A DNA stretch of 64,000 bases from an uncultured candidate division Zixibacteria bacterium (GTDB lineage Bacteria; Zixibacteria; MSB-5A5; GN15; FEB-12): positions 3,200,001 to 3,264,000 of the forward strand of contig OY760907.1 of assembly GCA_963664195.1 (NCBI GenBank). Direction: 5' to 3'. Each line of letters opens with the position of its first letter. The stretch's first letter is position 1. The position numbers were made by a program, and so were the translations under genes. A model generated the notes under the pieces. That model ran no database searches, was not told where the DNA came from, and worked only from the letters and a program-made list of their open reading frames with translations. This document shows positions 20,046 through 28,193 of the stretch, in pieces.

Positions 20046-20939
20046 ATGCGTAACACACTGAAACACAAGATTGCAATCATCACAGCGTTGACATGCGCGG
20101 TCGCGTTGGCGACTTTCTCTTCGCCGTGCGCCGACCCCGATCCGAATCAGCCCATCATGACTCTGAGGGTTGGGGACGTCATGGGAATGCCAGGCGATAC
20201 TATCCTAATGCCGGTATACATCAGTAATGTAATAGACACGGTCAGCGTTGTGGATTTTGCGATATACGCTGATCCGTCGCCGACAGTACGGATAGTGGAC
20301 ATCGTCGATGCTGAGGGTTCTCTTATCGGCCCTTGGGACTATGTAGACCACAGCTCATCCTTCACGGTTTTTGCTGTCGCAGACATTGACGTGCCGTTTA
20401 CGAACGATGTCATACTTCCCGGATCGGAGGAACAGCTCCTCGCGCTTCTGCAGGTGGCAATCACGTACGACTCCGATGTTTTGCCCTGGTCGATGGCCGT
20501 TCGGGCAGACGTATACGCAACGAGCGGATTCCCTTTCTGTGTAGACAGAGTCGATAGTTCCTTCTGCGTATGTGAGTTCTGGGTTCCACCCGATGAAACG
20601 GAGTGCATGAGTTGGCTTTCTGTCCCGGAGGGATCACACGATACGGTCTTCGTAACCGAGGGCAGGAAGTGTTTCGTTCCTGAGGGAGCCTTCGAATCTA
20701 TCGAGGGTACGCTGCTGATTGGAGGCGTGTGCGGTGATATCGACGGCAGCCTCGACGGGCTGGTTACTATGGGCGACCTGACGCTTCTCATTGATCATCT
20801 CTTCATCGGCCTCGAACCTCTACGATGGCCATCAATCGGCAACGTGGACGGGTCCGCCGACGGTCTGGTGACAATAGGTGATCTTACGAAGCTAATAGAC
20901 CATTTGTTTATCAGTTTGGATGATTTGGCGTGCCAGTAG
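20046..20939 (+). CDS. Secreted cohesin-like + dockerin protein B
   Basis: Signal peptide ending A|DP; VGDVMGMPGDTILMPVYISN; CEFWVPP..C..W insert; dockerin tail. Confidence 0.75.
   Translation: MRNTLKHKIAIITALTCAVALATFSSPCADPDPNQPIMTLRVGDVMGMPGDTILMPVYISNVIDTVSVVDFAIYADPSPTVRIVDIVDAEGSLIGPWDYVDHSSSFTVFAVADIDVPFTNDVILPGSEEQLLALLQVAITYDSDVLPWSMAVRADVYATSGFPFCVDRVDSSFCVCEFWVPPDETECMSWLSVPEGSHDTVFVTEGRKCFVPEGAFESIEGTLLIGGVCGDIDGSLDGLVTMGDLTLLIDHLFIGLEPLRWPSIGNVDGSADGLVTIGDLTKLIDHLFISLDDLACQ
20737..20922 (+). repeat. Dockerin-coding DNA repeat, copy 2 (more diverged, mosaic)
   Basis: Long identical blocks shared with copies 1 and 3, separated by diverged patches. Confidence 0.85.
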
Positions 20940-21043
20940 CGCCCGATGCGAGAGCAACATCTCATTGTAGAAGATAGGATATAGCCTATTCGCGATTGCT
21001 AAGGATTAGATACAGATCAAGATTACGATCTCTGGGAGGAATC

Positions 21044-22003
21044 ATGTTCTTTAGCAATCTGCTCCGCACTGTTTTTGTATCCACACTACTCACCGTTTTC
21101 TGCCTGCATGGGCCGAGCCAATCCGCACACGCTGACCCGGAAGTTGACATTGACATATGGGTGGGCAGCGTCGTCGGACAGCCCGGTGATTCCGGGTTGG
21201 AGATTCCCGTTTATCTGACCAACCACACCGACACGGTGTCGGCCTTCGAGTTGCAGTTCCAAATGGATGACCCTAGTGTAGCGACGTTCACAGCGGACTT
21301 GGACACTGTCGGCACTCTGCTGTCTGGATGGCAGTATTTGTCATGCCGTGTCTTGACACTCGATGAAGAAGAGTTTCTTAGACTCACAGCAATCGCAAAC
21401 ATCGACAGCGGGAGCTGCGTCCCTGGGTTCGGCCCTCAATCCGGAGAGGTGCCGTTGGCCCGGTTGAGCGTATCCCTGGCGAATCTCCCGGTCCCGACCG
21501 TGGACTCTGTAGAAATCAACGTCAGCTACATCCCTCCGATTGAGTTTGAACCGCCGTGGCCGGACACATCAGAATACGACAGCTGTGCTTGGGTAATGGA
21601 CACCGCGTACTACCGCTGCAACTTCTGGGTGCCGCCGGATACGTGTCAGTGTCTCGATTGGTCGCGAGTGTACGAACCGCCGTATGACAGCCTTCATACC
21701 GATTCCACTTTCCAGTGCTGGGGGGACAGTCTGGTCGTACATACTACCCCCGGATACATTCGCATACTCTTTCCGGTCTGCGGCAATATCGACGGCAGCC
21801 TCGACGGGCTGGTTACTATGGGCGACCTGACGCTTCTCATCGATCATTTGTTTATCAGCCTTGAACCTCTGCGCTGGCCATCAATCGGCAATGTAGACGG
21901 CTCGTCTGACGATCTGGTGACAATGGGTGATCTTACGAAGCTAATAGACCATTTGTTTATCAGTTTGGATGACTTGGAGTGCCCTATGAATGGCGTGATG
22001 TAA
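21044..22003 (+). CDS. Secreted cohesin-like + dockerin protein C
   Basis: RBS GGAGGA; signal peptide ending A|DP; VGSVVGQPGDSGLEIPVYLTN; YRCNFWVPP insert; dockerin tail. Confidence 0.75.
   Translation: MFFSNLLRTVFVSTLLTVFCLHGPSQSAHADPEVDIDIWVGSVVGQPGDSGLEIPVYLTNHTDTVSAFELQFQMDDPSVATFTADLDTVGTLLSGWQYLSCRVLTLDEEEFLRLTAIANIDSGSCVPGFGPQSGEVPLARLSVSLANLPVPTVDSVEINVSYIPPIEFEPPWPDTSEYDSCAWVMDTAYYRCNFWVPPDTCQCLDWSRVYEPPYDSLHTDSTFQCWGDSLVVHTTPGYIRILFPVCGNIDGSLDGLVTMGDLTLLIDHLFISLEPLRWPSIGNVDGSSDDLVTMGDLTKLIDHLFISLDDLECPMNGVM
21772..21978 (+). repeat. Dockerin-coding DNA repeat, copy 3 (207 bp)
   Basis: Near-identical to 19643-19849. Confidence 0.9.
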
Positions 22004-22011
22004 AAAGGATA

Positions 22012-22040
22012 TGACAGACAGGCATTATGCCTGTCTGTCA
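22012..22040. terminator. Perfect 13-bp hairpin between genes C and D (terminator or mRNA-stabilising stem)
   Basis: TGACAGACAGGCA-TTA-TGCCTGTCTGTCA; no strong U-tract. Confidence 0.5.
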
Positions 22041-22165
22041 CATATAGATAACACAGACTTTGTCAAACGACACCAGGGGATGAGACGAAGCCACGATATC
22101 GGCCTTCCCGTCTCAGATGAGCCATGAATCGAGTTGATACTCATTAACGTAGATTAGGAGGAATT

Positions 22166-23131
22166 GTGTCCTTTAACAAATCATTTCGTCAGGCCTCTGT
22201 ATGCGTTCTGGTCGCTGCAATTCTGTTTTGTGGCGTTTCCATGCAAGCTATTGCGGACCCGGAGATAGATGTCCGTGTTGGCAATGTGGAGGGTGAGTTG
22301 GGGGAGACCGGAGTGCTATTGCCCATTTATATCTCCAACTATCTGGATTCCATAGCGTCCGTAGGCCTATTCCTTCAAATGGATCGCCCCAACGTCGCCT
22401 CCTTCATGGAGTCTTTCGACACCACTGGTACGCTGGTTGGAGGCTGGGATTGGATAGGTGTAGACCTTTATTCCGGCACTGGCCACGATATCAAGATTAT
22501 GGGGGCAGCAGGGGGCCTGCCCGGCGGATCGCGGGGAATCGGTCCCCAGTCGGGCGAGATTCCTTTCATCAATCTTCGCCTGGCTATGCCTGACGTTCCT
22601 GACCTATTCGAAGACAGTGCCAATATCCTGGTGAGTACGTTTGTGAGCATGTTTTCGATAGGCACGCCCGACGGACGTACACTGGGTGTATCGTACGAAG
22701 AAGTGTGGGATTCTACTTGTTTTCGATGCGAAAGCTGGGTGCCGCCTGAGTCTACCGTGTGTCTTTCCTGGCAGCAAGTTTCAGCGCCACCATATGACTC
22801 CTGCGATGTCCAGATGAACTCGATCCCCTTCATTGACACTGACAAGGTCCGCGTCGTTAGCGGATCTGTGGCCACCACGCCGCCGGTTCTGGGCAACATC
22901 GATGCCAGTCTCGACGGTCTCGTAACGATGGCCGACTTAACGATGATGATTGACCACCTGTTCATCAGTCTTCAGCCGTTGCGCTGGCCGACTTCAGGTA
23001 ACATCGACTGCTCGTCCGACGATCAGGTAACGATGGGAGACCTGACGGTGATGATCGATCATCTGTTTATCAGTTTGGATGAATTGGACTGTCCTTTGAA
23101 GCAGAACGAGGGGGCTGCTCTGCAGGACTGA
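22166..23131 (+). CDS. Secreted cohesin-like + dockerin protein D
   Basis: RBS AGGAGG + GTG; signal peptide ending A|DP; VGNVEGELGETGVLLPIYISN; FRCESWVPP insert; dockerin tail. Confidence 0.75.
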   Translation: MSFNKSFRQASVCVLVAAILFCGVSMQAIADPEIDVRVGNVEGELGETGVLLPIYISNYLDSIASVGLFLQMDRPNVASFMESFDTTGTLVGGWDWIGVDLYSGTGHDIKIMGAAGGLPGGSRGIGPQSGEIPFINLRLAMPDVPDLFEDSANILVSTFVSMFSIGTPDGRTLGVSYEEVWDSTCFRCESWVPPESTVCLSWQQVSAPPYDSCDVQMNSIPFIDTDKVRVVSGSVATTPPVLGNIDASLDGLVTMADLTMMIDHLFISLQPLRWPTSGNIDCSSDDQVTMGDLTVMIDHLFISLDELDCPLKQNEGAALQD

Positions 23132-23143
23132 GCACACAAGAAA

Positions 23144-23173
23144 ACGGCCCGGAGTCTAGACACTCCGGGCCGT
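23144..23173. terminator. Rho-independent terminator between convergent genes
   Basis: ACGGCCCGGAGT-CTAGAC-ACTCCGGGCCGT with A-tract on the left. Confidence 0.75.
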
Positions 23174-23200
23174 CTCTGCAAAACATCTGTTCGAAAAAAC

Positions 23201-24562
23201 CTACAAATCAAAAATCTTGCCGGGGTTCAAGATACCCTGCGGATCAAACTGCTGCTTGATCTTGCGCATAAGGTCGACCGCTGATCCGTGCTCGCGATCG
23301 AACAAGTCCTTGTGACCGAGACCGATTCCGTGTTCGCCGGATATCGTTCCACCCAATTGAAGCGTTTTCTCGATTATCAGGTTGTTGATCCTCTGCGCCG
23401 TAGCCCATTCCTCCGCGTTGTCGGGTCTCGCAAGCATCAGAGCGTGCAACAGTCCCATACCGACATGACCGAAGGCGAACATGGTGATGCCGTTTTCGTC
23501 GCCCAGCTTGTGGCAATACTCAACCATCTCCGGCAGCTTCGAAATGGGAAACGCCACGTCGTTACGCATGATGCCGTATCCGGGCTGGAAATGCTTGACG
23601 GCATCCGTCGCCCAATGGCGAATCTCCCACGGTCGGTGTCCCTCTGCAAGTTGCAGCCGTTCGGCCCCTAAATCTTCACAGATGGAATCGGCCATCTCCT
23701 CGTTTGAATCGAGAACAGCCTCGGGTCCGTGGAACTCCAGAAACAGCAGGGGAGATTCCTGCAGGCCGTACCCTTTCAACTTGTTCAGGGCCACAGTCAA
23801 GCGTCTGTCAAGAAACTCAATGGCAGCCGTATCGAGACCGTACCGTCGCATCTCAGAGACGGCTTTGGCCGCCTGGACATCGGTTTTGAACACGTACGCG
23901 GTCTGGCGACGACCCTCGGGAAGTCCGGCCAGCTTCAACGTGATCTTGGTGATGATCCCCAGCGTTCCCTCTGAACCCGACACGAGATCGACGAGATTGT
24001 ATCCGCTGGAACGTTTCACCGCCCGGTTGCCGATCCGCATGATCTCTCCGGTACCGGTTACGAGTTCCATCGCGAGCACATACTCGCGCGTCCCGCCGTA
24101 CTTGACCGAATAGATGCCGCTGGCATTGGTAGATACCATACCGCCAACGGTAGCAATGTCCCCCGACCCGCCCGGCGATGGCGGAAAGAACAAGCCTTCG
24201 TTTTTCAACTTTTCGTTCAAGTAATCGTATATCAGTCCCGGTTCAACCTCCACTTGCAGGTCCTCCGGCCACAGATTGCAGATTGCCGTCATTCGACTGA
24301 GGTCAAGCACTATGCCGTTTTCAAGCGGAATAGTGGAACCCTCAAGCGCACTTCCAGCGCCACGCGTCGTAATCGGCGTACCCGACTCGGCGCACAGCCT
24401 GACGACATGCGCCACCTCCTCGGTGTCTGTCGCCCAGGCTACAGCCAGCGGCGTCACGCCCGGCAGGGTAGACTCATCGCGTGACACAACCTGCAGTTGG
24501 TCCGCCTGAGTCGATACCTGATCCGAGGGCAGGAATTCTGCGAGCTGATCAACCAGGCTCAT
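23201..24562 (-). CDS. FAD-binding oxidoreductase, GlcD/D-lactate dehydrogenase family
   Basis: RGAGSALEG, ATVGGMVSTNASG, GSEGTLGIIT, SGEHGIG, FDPQGILNPGK. Confidence 0.9.
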   Translation of the reverse strand: MSLVDQLAEFLPSDQVSTQADQLQVVSRDESTLPGVTPLAVAWATDTEEVAHVVRLCAESGTPITTRGAGSALEGSTIPLENGIVLDLSRMTAICNLWPEDLQVEVEPGLIYDYLNEKLKNEGLFFPPSPGGSGDIATVGGMVSTNASGIYSVKYGGTREYVLAMELVTGTGEIMRIGNRAVKRSSGYNLVDLVSGSEGTLGIITKITLKLAGLPEGRRQTAYVFKTDVQAAKAVSEMRRYGLDTAAIEFLDRRLTVALNKLKGYGLQESPLLFLEFHGPEAVLDSNEEMADSICEDLGAERLQLAEGHRPWEIRHWATDAVKHFQPGYGIMRNDVAFPISKLPEMVEYCHKLGDENGITMFAFGHVGMGLLHALMLARPDNAEEWATAQRINNLIIEKTLQLGGTISGEHGIGLGHKDLFDREHGSAVDLMRKIKQQFDPQGILNPGKIFDL

Positions 24563-25870
24563 CTAGGCGTACAATCCTCTCAATTCAGCGGCCTTGACTA
24601 CTCGCTGGATCGACACTACAAACGCAGCCGTGCGCATTGGAACTTTGTACTTCAGAGACGTGTCCACAACTGTCCTGAACGCATTGTTCATCATGTTTTC
24701 CAGATCTTCCTGGACGCGCTCGTTGGTCCAGTAGTAGCCCATCCGGTTCTGTACCCACTCGAGATACGAGACCGCCACACCGCCAGCATTACAGAGAATA
24801 TCCGGAATGATGAACGTACCCTTCTTTTCGAGAATATCATCTGCTTCCGGCGTACACGGTCCGTTGGCACACTCGGCGATGACTTTCGCTTTCACGCGAC
24901 GGGCGTTCTTCTTTGTGATCTGGTTTTCGAGCGCAGCCGGTATTAGAATATCAACAGGCAGTTCAAGCAGTTTCATCGGATCATCAAGTCTTTCGACCTT
25001 GGCCGTCTTCTCAAAACCCTTCAGTGATTTATGCTTCTGTATGTGCTCCACCGCGAGAAGGGGATCGATACCTTCCTTGCAAAAGAATGCCCCGTCGACA
25101 TCGGAGATCGCCAGGATAGTGCATCCCTGATCGTGCAGGAGTCGAGCTGCGAAGGACCCCGCGTTGCCGTATCCTTGAATCGCTACTGTAGTATTGGACA
25201 GGTTCAATTTCAAATGTTCCGCGGCCTGGATTGCACAGAAGACCATTCCCTGGGCAGTCGCAGATTCGCGTCCGGCCGAACCTCCGAGATCAAGCGGCTT
25301 GCCTGTTACAACTGACGGTATGTAGTCACCACGATGGTGCATAGAGTAAGTATCCATAAACCAGGCCATTACCTGGGGGTTGGTGTTGACATCCGGCGCT
25401 GGGATGTCACGGTCGGGTCCAAAAAGATCAACCATCTCGGCGAAATAACGCCGTGACAGGCGCTCCATTTCGCCCATTGACAATTCACGAGGGTCGACAA
25501 TCACGCCTCCCTTGCCGCCACCCATGGGAATACCAACCACGGCGCACTTGAAAGTCATCCAGAAGGCGAGTGCTTTGACTTCATCGAGACAGACGTCAGG
25601 ATGGAACCTCACTCCACCCTTGGCCGGGCCACGGGCCACGCTGTGCTGGACGCGGTACCCTTTGAAGGCTTTGATGCTGCCGTCATCCATGCGAATCGGC
25701 AACTTGACCTCAGTGATTCGACGCGGTTCACGTATGAACTCGACCTGATCGCTGGTAAGGTTGATTGTTTTGGCCGCCCGGTCGAACTGGGCGAGAGCAT
25801 TATCAAACGCGGACACCGGTCCGCGCATCATCTGGAATTTGCTTTTTGCTGGGGATTTCTTAGTGGCCAT
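24563..25870 (-). CDS. gdhA: Glu/Leu/Phe/Val dehydrogenase (glutamate dehydrogenase)
   Basis: GPAKGGVRFHP, GGGKGG, DIPAPDV, QGYGNAG, NAGGVAVSYLEW. Confidence 0.9.
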   Translation of the reverse strand: MATKKSPAKSKFQMMRGPVSAFDNALAQFDRAAKTINLTSDQVEFIREPRRITEVKLPIRMDDGSIKAFKGYRVQHSVARGPAKGGVRFHPDVCLDEVKALAFWMTFKCAVVGIPMGGGKGGVIVDPRELSMGEMERLSRRYFAEMVDLFGPDRDIPAPDVNTNPQVMAWFMDTYSMHHRGDYIPSVVTGKPLDLGGSAGRESATAQGMVFCAIQAAEHLKLNLSNTTVAIQGYGNAGSFAARLLHDQGCTILAISDVDGAFFCKEGIDPLLAVEHIQKHKSLKGFEKTAKVERLDDPMKLLELPVDILIPAALENQITKKNARRVKAKVIAECANGPCTPEADDILEKKGTFIIPDILCNAGGVAVSYLEWVQNRMGYYWTNERVQEDLENMMNNAFRTVVDTSLKYKVPMRTAAFVVSIQRVVKAAELRGLYA

Positions 25871-26345
25871 CCCGGGGCTCCTTTCAATGGTTGGGTCCAG
25901 TTTGGCCGGATAGTATGTTGCCGCGATTAAAAAATCCAGTGAAATTTCGTGTCCCGGTTCGCAAGATCAGGGTTGCTGCACATTAGATCACCGGACGTTT
26001 TACTGCACTTTCGCGTAAGGATTTACGGCCAGACTGACCCGGCTCTGCGGCATTTATATATTGTCTGGGCGAGTTGAATTGCGTATTCTTGTCAAGTATT
26101 AGCAAACGTTGTTAACATCGGCTGTCAATCCTAATCACTCGCAAAGGGTCGCCCGGAGGGCGGATACGCTGCCTTGAGGCCTCACTGCGACGTGCAGAAC
26201 CGATTGATAAGGAATGTTGGATATTGCCTCTGAATAGTCAATAACCCCCGCGAGCAGTGTTGCGGATCAGGTGGGCAGACTGAACAAAAAGGGTAGGCAA
26301 CTCGAAGCTTTCCTTAACGCCATCACTGAAGAGGTTGAAAGCAGT

Positions 26346-26882
26346 ATGTCTCAGTGCCAGCATCAGTGGAAAATGACCAATATAGAATTCGGATTCACCG
26401 TTTGTGAACGGTGTGCCAAGACCCAGGAAGTGCGTACGTACTTCTCCCTTGAAGACACCTGGGATCAGTATGTCGAGGGCGACAATTACTGGACCATCGT
26501 TGAGAACGCTCAGACGTTCCGATTCGATCTGAAATGCACGGCCTGCAACCGTCTTGAGAAGTTCGATGAGCTAATGGGCATCATGTACTGTCCCGGCTGC
26601 ACGGATGAGTGCAAGGTAGAAATCCAGCGCAAGAAAGGTTTGGCCTCAAAGACGTTCGTGCTTGTCGCGTTCGGTTTTCTGCCCCAGGCGCTCAGCAATC
26701 CGCTCCCGCAGGACAAGCTGGATGTTCTTAGCGAGCATTTCAACCAGCGACGGGACACCAGACGGTCAACTATTAAGATAATCCCGTTCACTGATATCGA
26801 GGATATTTCGCAATGCAAGGGTGAGTTCATTCGCGATGTGGGGATGTTGTCCCTGGAACCGGAAGACAAGAAAACCCTCTAA
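26346..26882 (+). CDS. Hypothetical Cys-rich protein
   Basis: CQHQW, CERC, CTAC, CPGC motifs; first gene of the DRTGG cluster; start uncertain (26271 possible). Confidence 0.65.
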   Translation: MSQCQHQWKMTNIEFGFTVCERCAKTQEVRTYFSLEDTWDQYVEGDNYWTIVENAQTFRFDLKCTACNRLEKFDELMGIMYCPGCTDECKVEIQRKKGLASKTFVLVAFGFLPQALSNPLPQDKLDVLSEHFNQRRDTRRSTIKIIPFTDIEDISQCKGEFIRDVGMLSLEPEDKKTL

Positions 26883-26929
26883 CCGTTTTTGCCAGAATTC
26901 GACTTACGAAGTCTAGTAGGAGAGCTTCG

Positions 26930-27265
26930 ATGACTACACAAGATGTGATTGAGAAGGCCGGACTGAAAGCCCTGAGTACGTTTGAACACCGGGATGTCAA
27001 CGGTGTTTTCATTTCAGATATGTTGAGCGATGTTATGGCCGGAGCCGGCATGGGAAACCTCTGGTTAACCGTGCAGACTCACAAGAACATTGTCCCGGCA
27101 GCTAACCTCGTTGATGTGTCCGCTATTGTTGTTACGAGCGGCAAATCTGTGCCGCAGGATACTATCGAATTGGCCAACGAGCACGGTATTGCCATTCTCT
27201 CGACCGAGCTTGCCACTTTTGAACTGGTTGGCAAACTGTACGGTATGGGGCTTCAAGCCAAATAG
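26930..27265 (+). CDS. DRTGG-domain protein
   Basis: GVFISDMLSDVMA...LWLTVQTHKNIV..A; RBS AGGAG. Confidence 0.85.
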   Translation: MTTQDVIEKAGLKALSTFEHRDVNGVFISDMLSDVMAGAGMGNLWLTVQTHKNIVPAANLVDVSAIVVTSGKSVPQDTIELANEHGIAILSTELATFELVGKLYGMGLQAK

Positions 27266-27359
27266 GCTTTTTCCAACTCCGGCCAGGCACATTCTATATT
27301 CGCGCCTTCTCCGCCCATAATCGGTCGGGGAAGAAGTCCCCAAAGTAAAGGCAGGGCGT

Positions 27360-28157
27360 TTGAACATAGCCATGATCAAAGAGGCTCTCGAGGCCTCGCT
27401 TGTCGAAGGTAAAGACCAGCTTAATACCGAGGTGTCCCATATCTACGCGTCCGACCTCATGAGTGATGTCCTGGCTTTTGGCCAGCCGAGTTCGCTGCTG
27501 ATCACCGGCCTGGCCAGTGACCAGGCGATCATCTCTGCACATATGGCAGAGTTTGTCGGGGTGGTGCTCATTCGCGGCAAAAAGACACGCGAGGGAGCTA
27601 TTCGACTGGCCCGACAGCATAACCTTGTCCTCCTGTCAACTGCGCTCGATATGTACGAGTCCTGCATTCGACTCTCTATGAGAAAGACCGGACGCCTGCC
27701 CGCACTGGCGGGAATGCATCCCAAATCCTCTAATCAGGAGATGCTCCTGAGCAGGGACTTGTTCATTGAAGGCAGTGATTTTGCCAACGCCGGCATGGTC
27801 TCTACTGAAGTCAAGGCCACACTTAAGAAGATCGGCTTTGACCCCGGCCTCATACGAAGAGTCGCCATTTCCACCTACGAAGCCGAGATGAACGTCGTCA
27901 TGCACGCTAAACGGGCCAGGGTGAATTTGTCGATTACGCCGACCTGTGTCGAATTGACTATCGACGACGAGGGCAAGGGAATCCCAAGTGTCGAAGATGC
28001 CATGCAGGAAGGTTGGACTACTGCCACCGAAGAGATGAGAAAAATGGGCTTCGGATCCGGAATGGGACTTCCGAACATCAATAGAAATTCCGATGATTTG
28101 CATATAGAGAGCAGGGTCGGCGAGGGAACTCTGCTCAGCATGAAATTCTTCACCTAG
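27360..28157 (+). CDS. DRTGG domain fused to anti-sigma-type Ser/Thr kinase (HATPase_c)
   Basis: ASDLMSDVLAF N-domain; YEAEMNVVMHA, DEGKGIP, GFGSGMGLPNI. Confidence 0.85.
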   Translation: MNIAMIKEALEASLVEGKDQLNTEVSHIYASDLMSDVLAFGQPSSLLITGLASDQAIISAHMAEFVGVVLIRGKKTREGAIRLARQHNLVLLSTALDMYESCIRLSMRKTGRLPALAGMHPKSSNQEMLLSRDLFIEGSDFANAGMVSTEVKATLKKIGFDPGLIRRVAISTYEAEMNVVMHAKRARVNLSITPTCVELTIDDEGKGIPSVEDAMQEGWTTATEEMRKMGFGSGMGLPNINRNSDDLHIESRVGEGTLLSMKFFT

Positions 28158-28193
28158 ATGGTCCCCGGTAGGTCCTCGGAGGCAAAAAAGAAT

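Noticed and set aside
19643..21978. Diversity-generating retroelement TR/VR pair
   Set aside because: There is no reverse transcriptase in the window, all copies lie in coding dockerin tails, and differences between the closest copies are few and synonymous.
14555..23173. Integrative island at tRNA-Leu carrying the dockerin cluster
   Set aside because: No integrase and no duplicated tRNA 3' end were seen in the window.
26088..26106. Rex operator upstream of the DRTGG module (TTGTCAAGTATTAGCAA)
   Set aside because: Spacing and right half-site do not fit TTGTGAA-N4-TTCACAA well.
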